From the IMG/VR virus record IMGVR_UViG_3300037130_000236: DNA of 64,000 nucleotides; one strand, 5' to 3'. Every line of letters begins with the position of its first letter. Within the stretch, counting starts at the first letter, position 1. The notes under the pieces were generated by a model. The model did no database searches and was not told the origin of the DNA. It worked only from the letters and a program-made list of their open reading frames with translations. Source of the DNA: a virus. This document shows, piece after piece, positions 9,616-17,559 of this stretch. The translations under genes were made by a program, and so were the position numbers.

Positions 9616-9649
9616 GCTCCGCTGGGGATCGCCCTGGTCCCCGCGGAGC
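9616..9649 (+). other. Stem-loop between sheath and tube genes
   Basis: GCTCCGC(t)GGGGA...TCCCC-GCGGAGC, no U-tract. Confidence 0.4.
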
Positions 9650-9695
9650 TGCAATTCACGATCTTACGTGAGCTTCATCCTCCCAAGGAGTAAAC

Positions 9696-10391
9696 ATGTC
9701 TTCTCTTCCCGGCGGCGTCCTTGCAAGCGAGATCAGCCGCTCCTACAACTCGTTTGCTGGTGCTGACATTACTGCTGTGATTGGTCAGTTCCAGTTTGCA
9801 GAGCTCCAGGCTATCTCCTACTCCGTGACTCGTGAAAAGGCACCGATCTACACGATGGGTTCTTGTGATCCTCGTGCATACTCGCGCAACAAGCGCGGCA
9901 TCGCCGGCTCGCTCGTCTGGATCAACTTCGATCGCCATGCGCTGCTCAACCTCTTCCAAATGGCTCTCGGCACCTTTGTGGCCGATGCCGATGAGATCCG
10001 GCCCCAGTTCTCGAATGTGGCCAACGGGACAGCTGTCTTCCAGTCCTCGGTCGTTCGGGACACAGGTCCCTCGATCTCTTCGACCATCAGTCAGCTCGAT
10101 CAGATGACCATGACCAGCAGCGCCTCCAACAGCGAACTGGCGACGCCTTGGTATTCCGACCAGATCCTGCCCTTCGACGTGACGCTGAGCGGCGCCAATG
10201 AGTACGGCGCGATGTGCGCGGCCAAGATCTTCGGCGTTGAGATCCTCAACGAGGGAATGGGCATCTCCATCGACGATGCCGTGACCGAGATGCAGGCGAC
10301 TTTCGTTGCCCGCGTGGTCGAGCCCATGTCGGCCGTTCCGAGTCCGTTCCAGTCTGCGAGTGGCATCGGCGGGACATCCTTCACACTGTAA
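9696..10391 (+). CDS. Major tail tube protein
   Basis: Follows the sheath, AGGAG RBS; SFAGADI..ELQAISYSVTREKAPIYTMG..RGIAGSLV motif. Confidence 0.8.
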   Translation: MSSLPGGVLASEISRSYNSFAGADITAVIGQFQFAELQAISYSVTREKAPIYTMGSCDPRAYSRNKRGIAGSLVWINFDRHALLNLFQMALGTFVADADEIRPQFSNVANGTAVFQSSVVRDTGPSISSTISQLDQMTMTSSASNSELATPWYSDQILPFDVTLSGANEYGAMCAAKIFGVEILNEGMGISIDDAVTEMQATFVARVVEPMSAVPSPFQSASGIGGTSFTL

Positions 10392-10412
10392 TCGCTTTCC
10401 CTTTCGCTCTCT

Positions 10413-10470
10413 GGGCAGCTTCTGGCTTTGGCTCTTTGTTCTTCTCCGCCATGCTAGAAGCTGCCCTTTT
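10413..10470 (+). terminator. Long-loop terminator/attenuator after the tube gene
   Basis: GGGCAGCTTCT (10413-23) pairs with AGAAGCTGCCC (10456-66), then TTTT. Confidence 0.55.
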
Positions 10471-10478
10471 GTTCAGAT

Positions 10479-11489
10479 ATGAGCATCCCTCCCATCAGTT
10501 ACGTCTCCTCCGACCAAAGCATGGTAACCAGCGGTGTCGAGTCCTTCTCGTCACAGGCCACTCCCATTGTGTCTGGAGGTCTCCAGACCGACGCCAGCCC
10601 GGCGCCTGCGGTGCCGAACGCCTCGGAAGCATCGACCAGCTATACCGATTCCACCCAGCCAGGAATGGTTCTGGGCAGCGACGGCAACTACTATCCGGCA
10701 TCGAGTGTTTCTGCCGGCGGCGGAATCACCGGCCCTCCCATTTCGTCCTTCAACCCGATCAGCGCCGCCCTTCAATCCTCGTCAGTGCCAGCGAACAATC
10801 CCGCGCAACAGCACAACCTGAATCCAGGCAACGGACTGTATCACGAGGCATCCTACACGGGATCGAACCTGAAGGTGATGATCGAGGTGGCCAATGACGG
10901 CACCAACACGACCAATCCTACTGGCCTGTCGACAACCACCAACTCCAACAGTGTCTCCCAGCAGGCGACTTCCAAGCCTGCGCGCCAGGCAAAGCAGCTT
11001 GTGGAGCTGACCACCATTACGGTATCCGTCCATCGTGTGAAGTCTCCCGCGGTTGCATGTGGTTACATCAATCCAAAAGGCTGGGCGCGCGGCCGGCGCA
11101 CAATCGCCGGCACCTTGGTGATGACCAAGTTCACTACGGACGTCCTTTACGCCTTCCTCAATTCCGGCGCGTTCACATCCGACCTCTCCAAAGACACAAC
11201 CTACATGAAGGTGGATCAGCTTCCTCCCTTCAACCTCACTCTTCTGTTCGCCGATGAGTATGGGAACACCAGCTCTCAGCGGTTGCTGGGTGTCGAGCTT
11301 GTGACGTCGGGTGACGTCTACTCCATCCAGGACATGTTGAGCGAACAGACAATCTCCTACGTTGCCGCGGACTTCACGCCCTTGATGCCTCTCAACAAGA
11401 GCAGCCTTTACGGAGCCGCCGCCGGGAGTACCGTGACGGCGCCGCAGAGAACCGTGGGCACGGTCCTGAACCAACAGGCAGCTCAGTAA
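10479..11489 (+). CDS. Tail tube paralogue 2 with low-complexity Ser/Pro N-terminus
   Basis: YTGSNL..ELTTITVSVHRVKSP..RGRRTIAGTLV..DQLPPFNLTL aligns by eye to the tube protein. Confidence 0.7.
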   Translation: MSIPPISYVSSDQSMVTSGVESFSSQATPIVSGGLQTDASPAPAVPNASEASTSYTDSTQPGMVLGSDGNYYPASSVSAGGGITGPPISSFNPISAALQSSSVPANNPAQQHNLNPGNGLYHEASYTGSNLKVMIEVANDGTNTTNPTGLSTTTNSNSVSQQATSKPARQAKQLVELTTITVSVHRVKSPAVACGYINPKGWARGRRTIAGTLVMTKFTTDVLYAFLNSGAFTSDLSKDTTYMKVDQLPPFNLTLLFADEYGNTSSQRLLGVELVTSGDVYSIQDMLSEQTISYVAADFTPLMPLNKSSLYGAAAGSTVTAPQRTVGTVLNQQAAQ

Positions 11490-11498
11490 GGAATCGAA

Positions 11499-12320
11499 GT
11501 GACGATTATCGCCGGCAGTCCGATGGCACCAACGGCAAGTTCCAATGCCGTTCAGCAGCCCCCAGCTCCGGGATCGGCCACTCCGGCTGCGGCGAATGCC
11601 CAGAACACTCCCGGCGGTATCGTCATCCCCTCGCTTGCTCCCAGCTACGAGTGGATCTATCCCAACTCGACGGATGGCAAGTATTTCACTGCCACACAGG
11701 CCCAGATGTACATCGGCAACCTGTTCATCGACGAGTTGGTGAACCTGCAGTTTGCCTATCAGGGCAACCGAATTCCCATGTTTGGGTATTGTTCACGAAG
11801 CGCGGATGCGTTTGGGACCGGCAGGCTTTTGGTACAAGGGCAGATCGCGATTAACTTCGTGACTGAAGGCTACCTGTACACGGTCCTCAAAGAGTTCTCG
11901 AAGATCTACACCCAGCCGGTTCAGGCATCAGCAACAGGACAGGCGGGCGCGCAGATCGCTTCTCTGGTGCAGCAGAGTCAGCAGATCACTAACGCCATGC
12001 AAGGCGCCTTGTCGCCGTCTGCCACCGCAAGCTACCAGGCGCAGTTGAACATCATCAGCCAGCAGATCCAGTCTCTGGCCGCCCAGGGCGGCCCGGACGC
12101 GATCAACGCCGCCAAGCAATCCGCCACTGTTCAGAGCGACACTCCAAACGCGATTGTGCTGAACATCCCGTTCGACATTCACTGCGAACTGACAGGCGCG
12201 GGCCGCACGGTGGAGAGGATTCTCCGCAACTGTCTGCTGATCTCGAACGAGCAGGTTTACGACCAGTCCGGACAGACCCTGCTGGACTGTTATGGCTTCG
12301 TTGCCCGTTCCGCAAACTAA
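11499..12320 (+). CDS. Tail tube paralogue 3 / tube initiator-like
   Basis: YFTATQAQMYIG..DELVNLQF..IPMFGY..GRLLVQGQIAINF tube-like pattern. Confidence 0.6.
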   Translation: MTIIAGSPMAPTASSNAVQQPPAPGSATPAAANAQNTPGGIVIPSLAPSYEWIYPNSTDGKYFTATQAQMYIGNLFIDELVNLQFAYQGNRIPMFGYCSRSADAFGTGRLLVQGQIAINFVTEGYLYTVLKEFSKIYTQPVQASATGQAGAQIASLVQQSQQITNAMQGALSPSATASYQAQLNIISQQIQSLAAQGGPDAINAAKQSATVQSDTPNAIVLNIPFDIHCELTGAGRTVERILRNCLLISNEQVYDQSGQTLLDCYGFVARSAN

Positions 12321-12346
12321 CGACCAACCCTTAGGAGCATCGACTC

Positions 12347-12775
12347 ATGTCCGATCAGATCAGAGAACAACCCCAAATCACCCCTTTCGAGTTCCTCCAT
12401 ACATTCCCGGAGGCTCCGAGCCTGGAGCAGATCGAACAATGGAAGCAGCAGGCGCCAGGCGCGCGCCTCCGTATCTGGCACTCGACGGATGGGAAGCGCG
12501 TTTATGTGCTGCGGGCCATCGGTGGCCAGGAACTGGGGCAACTGCAGGCGAGCCTGCCCCCAAACATCCCGCCAGAGAAGTTGCAGGCCGAGGTCCAGAT
12601 CCTCATGGCGATCCGCTGTTGCGTGTGGACCAGCTCGACCATCGATCACAAGCTGTCCGATCTCGCACTGAAGGGAGCAGGCGCCGGCCTTCCCCAGACG
12701 CTGCAAGAGATCATCTATCAGCTGTCTGACTACATGGACCCGATGGACATCAACCGCTTCAGCGCCGATCTGTAA
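12347..12775 (+). CDS. Putative tail assembly chaperone
   Basis: 142 aa, position after the tube genes, AGGAG RBS. Confidence 0.5.
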   Translation: MSDQIREQPQITPFEFLHTFPEAPSLEQIEQWKQQAPGARLRIWHSTDGKRVYVLRAIGGQELGQLQASLPPNIPPEKLQAEVQILMAIRCCVWTSSTIDHKLSDLALKGAGAGLPQTLQEIIYQLSDYMDPMDINRFSADL

Positions 12776-12783
12776 GGAGCGCC

Positions 12784-13359
12784 ATGCAGGTATTCTTTGC
12801 CCGTTGGCCAAGTGGCCGTAAAGTGAAGTGGCGTTCACTCACCTGGGCAGAGTTCAAGAAGTTTGATCGACAACTCGATTATGACTGCCCGGCTTCCGTC
12901 TACTGCGACGTATACCGGGCAGTTGTGCTTGATGGCCCTCCTCTGGATGGCGATCCTGTTTACCAGGCGCCGGCCGGACTCGTCGAATGGATTGCACGAG
13001 CATTGCTGGACTCGAATCCGTTCAACGGAGAATACAAGGACGTCAAGCGCGCGCTCGAAATGAAGCGCATCGAACTGAAGTCAAGCTGGTTGAACTCCGC
13101 CAAGTCGATCATCGCCGGGATCTTCCGTTACACCTTCGAGGAGATCGAGCAGTGGGATGCGGAGATGTTCTTCGAGCGTCTCGCCTCCGCCGAGTTCGTC
13201 TCTGGGCGCAAGCTCGAGCCGGGAGACCCGGATAAGCTGGATGCCCAGCATCCTGGGAAGAAGCCTGGTCACCCTGAAGGCCCTCCGAAGCCTGCCAAGC
13301 GCGAGCTGAGTCCGGCACAACAGAAGGTTGTCAATCGCGTCGTCAACTCCCGTAAGTAA
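12784..13359 (+). CDS. Putative tail assembly chaperone 2
   Basis: 191 aa, YTFEEIEQW motif, own AGGAG RBS. Confidence 0.45.
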   Translation: MQVFFARWPSGRKVKWRSLTWAEFKKFDRQLDYDCPASVYCDVYRAVVLDGPPLDGDPVYQAPAGLVEWIARALLDSNPFNGEYKDVKRALEMKRIELKSSWLNSAKSIIAGIFRYTFEEIEQWDAEMFFERLASAEFVSGRKLEPGDPDKLDAQHPGKKPGHPEGPPKPAKRELSPAQQKVVNRVVNSRK

Positions 13360-13368
13360 GGGGATGCT

Positions 13369-16300
13369 GTGCCCTTGGATTCCTCCCAACCCGTGATCGA
13401 AACCACAGCCGGGCGTCCTCGTTTCGCTTCCGACAAATCCTTTCAACTGGAAAGTGAAGAGGCCTACAATCCCTGGGTCCGAGCGATCGGAGTCGGGGTT
13501 GTGGGCACGGCTTTGTATGCCACGCATCGGACGATGCTGGCGACGGTGCCGGAGTATGCCCCGACGCTTCAGAACTGGGCGCAGAAGTTCGAGAATCAGA
13601 CTCCCTTCCACATTGGCCGGACCTTCGCGTTTACCGAACGGCTCTCTTCCTACACAACTCCCGAAGAGTTGAAGTTCACACGGTCGATGCTGACCAACCT
13701 GGACGGGTCGCTCAACGCCGTCGGCGAGACATTCCAACGTCAGTTCAAAGATGCAGGCGTCGATTTCGATGTCCTCCAGCACGTCACCGAAGACAACCCC
13801 TTGCTGTTCAAGGGCCGTCGGCGCGCTGGCTCTGCCTACATGAAACTGGTGGGCCGGGACAGGATCGACTTCGAGACCCGCTTCACTCCATCGGAAGGCC
13901 GTCTCGCTGGCACTGCTTCCCGTCTTGGCCAGAACCTGCACCAGCCGCCCCTCCATTGGTCCACGAATCCCAACTTCCGCGAGCGGATCTGGGAGAACTT
14001 CCAGACCTACAGATCTTCGCAGCGCATCACCAACGCGTCTCCCTGGAGAGAGGCCGCCAAGGATGCTTCTGATCCGAAGTTCCGGCCGTTCCACAGCCGG
14101 GCTCATGTCGAAGGCAATCTGAGTGAGGAGGCTGCGCAGACAGCTCGCAACGTCTGGTCGCGCTTTCAGGTTGAATCTCTCGAAGCAGTAGAGCGCCCTC
14201 AACGGCTCTTTGCCGAAGCAGGTTTCGGTCTCAAGGCAGGCACCTGGAACAAGACCTTCCATCTTCCTTTCGCCGGCGAAGGTGGCATCGTCAACAAGAT
14301 GATCACCAGGCGTGTGCTGCCGATCGCGCTGGCTGCGACCGCCGCAGGCTGGCTGGATTACAAGCTTGGACATCCCAGCGACAAGGTCATCGATCTCGGC
14401 CTCAAGGCCAACGTCCTCCGGGCGGATCTGACAGACATGCTTCCCGGTGGCCGCAAGGTCACCGAATTCTACGAGAATACTGTCCCCGGGCCACAGTACG
14501 GTCCGCTGGCGCTCCCCGCGGCCGGTGCTTTTTCCGGCGGCCTGCTGCACTACTCGCGCGTCGTGCGCGGCCAGTTCGCCACCGAAGATCTCCGCAAAGC
14601 AGGCTCACGCCTTCTGCCGGATGTGAAGGCCCTGCGGACATGGGCCGGCACCAGCGGTAAGAAGCTGGCATCCATCGAAGGCCTGGCTCAGATCTGGAGA
14701 GGTCTGGGCACACCCGGCAGAGGAGCGGCAATTGGTCTGGTGGCAGCGTTGCCCTTCCTGCCTGGAATGCTTGGTTCTCGCAAGACTGGCAACGAGTTGC
14801 GCGATGTCTATTCCGGACTGGACGAGGTTCCAATCCGAAGTGGACGCTGGTGGGAGTTGGGATCAACTCCCTTTGAAGGCGCGCGCATCAAGGCATGGCG
14901 GCCTCACTGGAGCGTCCTGCACAAGAGCCGCGCGGAAGACATCTCGCTGTTCGGATCGGAAGAAGAGAAGTGGAAGCACAACCCGATACTGCATCCACTG
15001 CGCTGGCTGAAGGACCCCTACTACCTCGAAAAACTGCACTACGAGGACCGCCCGTACCCCGTGGCGTCGCCGGCGTTTACCAATTTGCCGCTCATCGGCC
15101 CGTTGCTTGGCGCCACGATCGGCAAGCTGGTCAAGCCGACGATCAGAATGCACGAAGAGGATTGGGATGGCAAGGAGTACACCCTCTACTCGACACGCAT
15201 CGAACCCAAAGGCCCGGAGGCTCTCCCGCCGCCACTGCCGAAGGACGAATTCTCGATCGGCAACGCACTCAAGAAGGAAGCGACGATCTTTGCCGAGTAC
15301 ACCGGACTCTACGGCTTCATTGCCAAGAGTGGCTATCAGGGACTGTTCCCCAACACCAACAGTCTGGGCAAGGAGGTCGACTATCAAGGATCTCGTCAGA
15401 TCGACAACTTCTCTCGTCGTTACTACGAGAAGGAGCTGGGCGCCGGCATTGGTCCGTCCCTCTCAGGCACAGAGCACTTCGGCTATACAGAACCCTTCCG
15501 CCGCTTTGTCCAGCGGGAGAGCTTCTCTCCCCAGGCCAACGAGATCCCCAATACAGCCGCCAGTTGGCTGCCAGGAGATGACTACTACACCAACTTCCAT
15601 GTCGGCGATCCCTTCATCAAGGTCGACCAGGGATTTGCCCGTCTGCCCGGCGCCGGCTACGAAGCCATCCATCCCGAGCTGAAGGGAGTCGATCCAGAAG
15701 ACTACCCCGACATACACAAGATGGCCATCCTGGCCGATGTGGCTCCATACTCACGTGAGTACCACAACGTCAGGCAGCGTGTAGCCCAGCAAGCCAAGGG
15801 CAATACCGAACTGGAGATCGAATACGAAAAGATCATGAACCGGGTCAAACAGACCCGTGAATCGATCATCCGGATGAACGACAGGCACTTCACCGCCCCT
15901 GTCGATGAGATCTCCGGCACCGTGGACGACGTTTCTCCCGGCGGAGTCATCCTCAAGGAGTTTCCCGGCCGGCGCTTCCAGTTCTCCTCCGTGGGCATGA
16001 GTGCGGCAGACCTGTCGGCGCGGATCCTCGGCGAGAACAACAACATGACCCGTAGCGAGGTGGCCCTCGAAGTGGATCGCCGCCGCGGCGCCATGCAGCA
16101 ATATCTGGCCGATCATTTGGCCGAAGGCACCTCGATCCGAGCTGTTGTTCCGAAAGGATCTGCGAGCAATGCAGAGCAGATCCGGGCTGTCATCCTGGCC
16201 AATGGAGAGAACGTCAATCGGGAGCTGATCGACCAGGGGTTTGGTCAGTATCGTGAAGATCTCGGCGGGGCCGAAGCTCGTTCCATGCACGGCAAACTGG

Positions 16301-17382
16301 GGCGCGCCATCGGCGGCGTGGCTGAGGGTCTGGCCTTCCAGGGAGATTCCAGCGCATTGAATCCAATGCGGTATGTGCCATCGCCGGCCCACACCAAGTT
16401 CTGGCAGGAACGCACCCCGCTGGCCCAGTACATCAACAACGAGGTTGCAGGCACCAGGATGCGGCGTTGGGAGCGCCCGATCCACGACTTCCTCATGCCC
16501 TATGCCCGCGGTCTGGTCGAGCGCGTGACCGGCCAAACTGTGCTGCCTGGCGACGTTCAGAAACGCCGGGACCTCAACACTCTGGCCGACGTAATGACCT
16601 ACCTGCGCGATCTGGATGGACGTGCGTCAGGTTCCTATACTAATAAGGGGCAGAGGACATCGATTGGCGCCAACCTGTTTGCTGCGCCGACCTTTGTCGC
16701 TTCCACCCTTCCCGCTCGTGAATCCCACTACTTCCGTGAGTTTCTTGCCGAGACTGATCCGAGCAAGAGAACCCAGATCCTGAAGGTTGCATCCCCAGAG
16801 ATGCAACGCGCTTTGTCTGCCCAATGGGCAGTGCAGAAGTCCCGCATTGCCGAGGTGGAAGGCAAGGATCACGAGGAGATCGGCGAGGGCGGCCGGCTGT
16901 ACGACGAAGCCGACGTTGAAGAGTTCGAGAAGGCTGACACCGGCCTCGACTACGGCAACTGGCTGCGTTCGAAAGAGATCGCGGACTTCTTCTCCCGGAC
17001 TGGATTCGCTCTCCCTGAGCACGGCTTTGAAGCGTTTGAAGAGGCTTTGGATTACCAGGATGTTGAGCTGAAGATAATCCAGCAGGAGGGGTATGACGCA
17101 CACGACTTCAACATCTTCGACGACAGGGCTTCCCTCCTGTGGCGGAAGCCTTACATCGATGGAGCTGTTCGTGAATTGACCAGCGGCGATGATCGTTCTC
17201 CCGACCAGCTTCGGCGTGCGGTGGAACAGATCATGCAGGCAGCCAATGACAAGAAGGCGGACGTTAGAACCTCCGTTCATGCAGGACATGTGAACCACAC
17301 GAATGTTCGCGTGAGCGCCGATATAGATCAGACAGAAGACTTGCTGAGAGATATTCGCCGGAATCCAGAGGATTACCAGTGA
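13369..17382 (+). CDS. Tape-measure-like giant virion protein with degenerate SNase (OB-fold) domain
   Basis: 1337 aa in the tape-measure slot, several Gly/Ala TM-like segments; RAVILANGENVNRELIDQGFG resembles the SNase C-terminal motif. Confidence 0.6.
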   Translation: MPLDSSQPVIETTAGRPRFASDKSFQLESEEAYNPWVRAIGVGVVGTALYATHRTMLATVPEYAPTLQNWAQKFENQTPFHIGRTFAFTERLSSYTTPEELKFTRSMLTNLDGSLNAVGETFQRQFKDAGVDFDVLQHVTEDNPLLFKGRRRAGSAYMKLVGRDRIDFETRFTPSEGRLAGTASRLGQNLHQPPLHWSTNPNFRERIWENFQTYRSSQRITNASPWREAAKDASDPKFRPFHSRAHVEGNLSEEAAQTARNVWSRFQVESLEAVERPQRLFAEAGFGLKAGTWNKTFHLPFAGEGGIVNKMITRRVLPIALAATAAGWLDYKLGHPSDKVIDLGLKANVLRADLTDMLPGGRKVTEFYENTVPGPQYGPLALPAAGAFSGGLLHYSRVVRGQFATEDLRKAGSRLLPDVKALRTWAGTSGKKLASIEGLAQIWRGLGTPGRGAAIGLVAALPFLPGMLGSRKTGNELRDVYSGLDEVPIRSGRWWELGSTPFEGARIKAWRPHWSVLHKSRAEDISLFGSEEEKWKHNPILHPLRWLKDPYYLEKLHYEDRPYPVASPAFTNLPLIGPLLGATIGKLVKPTIRMHEEDWDGKEYTLYSTRIEPKGPEALPPPLPKDEFSIGNALKKEATIFAEYTGLYGFIAKSGYQGLFPNTNSLGKEVDYQGSRQIDNFSRRYYEKELGAGIGPSLSGTEHFGYTEPFRRFVQRESFSPQANEIPNTAASWLPGDDYYTNFHVGDPFIKVDQGFARLPGAGYEAIHPELKGVDPEDYPDIHKMAILADVAPYSREYHNVRQRVAQQAKGNTELEIEYEKIMNRVKQTRESIIRMNDRHFTAPVDEISGTVDDVSPGGVILKEFPGRRFQFSSVGMSAADLSARILGENNNMTRSEVALEVDRRRGAMQQYLADHLAEGTSIRAVVPKGSASNAEQIRAVILANGENVNRELIDQGFGQYREDLGGAEARSMHGKLGRAIGGVAEGLAFQGDSSALNPMRYVPSPAHTKFWQERTPLAQYINNEVAGTRMRRWERPIHDFLMPYARGLVERVTGQTVLPGDVQKRRDLNTLADVMTYLRDLDGRASGSYTNKGQRTSIGANLFAAPTFVASTLPARESHYFREFLAETDPSKRTQILKVASPEMQRALSAQWAVQKSRIAEVEGKDHEEIGEGGRLYDEADVEEFEKADTGLDYGNWLRSKEIADFFSRTGFALPEHGFEAFEEALDYQDVELKIIQQEGYDAHDFNIFDDRASLLWRKPYIDGAVRELTSGDDRSPDQLRRAVEQIMQAANDKKADVRTSVHAGHVNHTNVRVSADIDQTEDLLRDIRRNPEDYQ

Positions 17383-17410
17383 TGCAAGTAAACCGTTCCT
17401 ATGTGGTCGA

Positions 17411-17547
17411 ATGAGGCTTTGGTAGATCCCTGCCAACAGGGAGACTCGTAACAGCCTCATCGGCCCCTGCCGGGCGGATCAAAACCTGGACTTCCACCCA
17501 AGCACACTCGTCCTCGTGCTCCTCGCCTTGATCGGAAGCATCCGCCC
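17411..17547 (+). ncRNA. Structured intergenic/leader RNA (two nested stem-loops) before the RNAP-like gene
   Basis: ATGAGGCT/AGCCTCAT enclosing TCCCTG-ccaa-CAGGGA; GGGCGGAT/ATCCGCCC enclosing CTTCC/GGAAG and AGCAC/GTGCT. Confidence 0.4.
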
Positions 17548-17559
17548 AACCCCCTTCCT

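Noticed and set aside
12347-13359. Programmed frameshift between the two chaperone-like genes (lambda G/GT style)
   Set aside because: The second gene has its own AGGAG RBS and ATG, and no slippery heptamer was seen at the end of the first.
17341-17400. Hammerhead ribozyme core near the structured spacer
   Set aside because: CTGAGAG does not match CUGANGA and no properly placed GAAA/stems were found.
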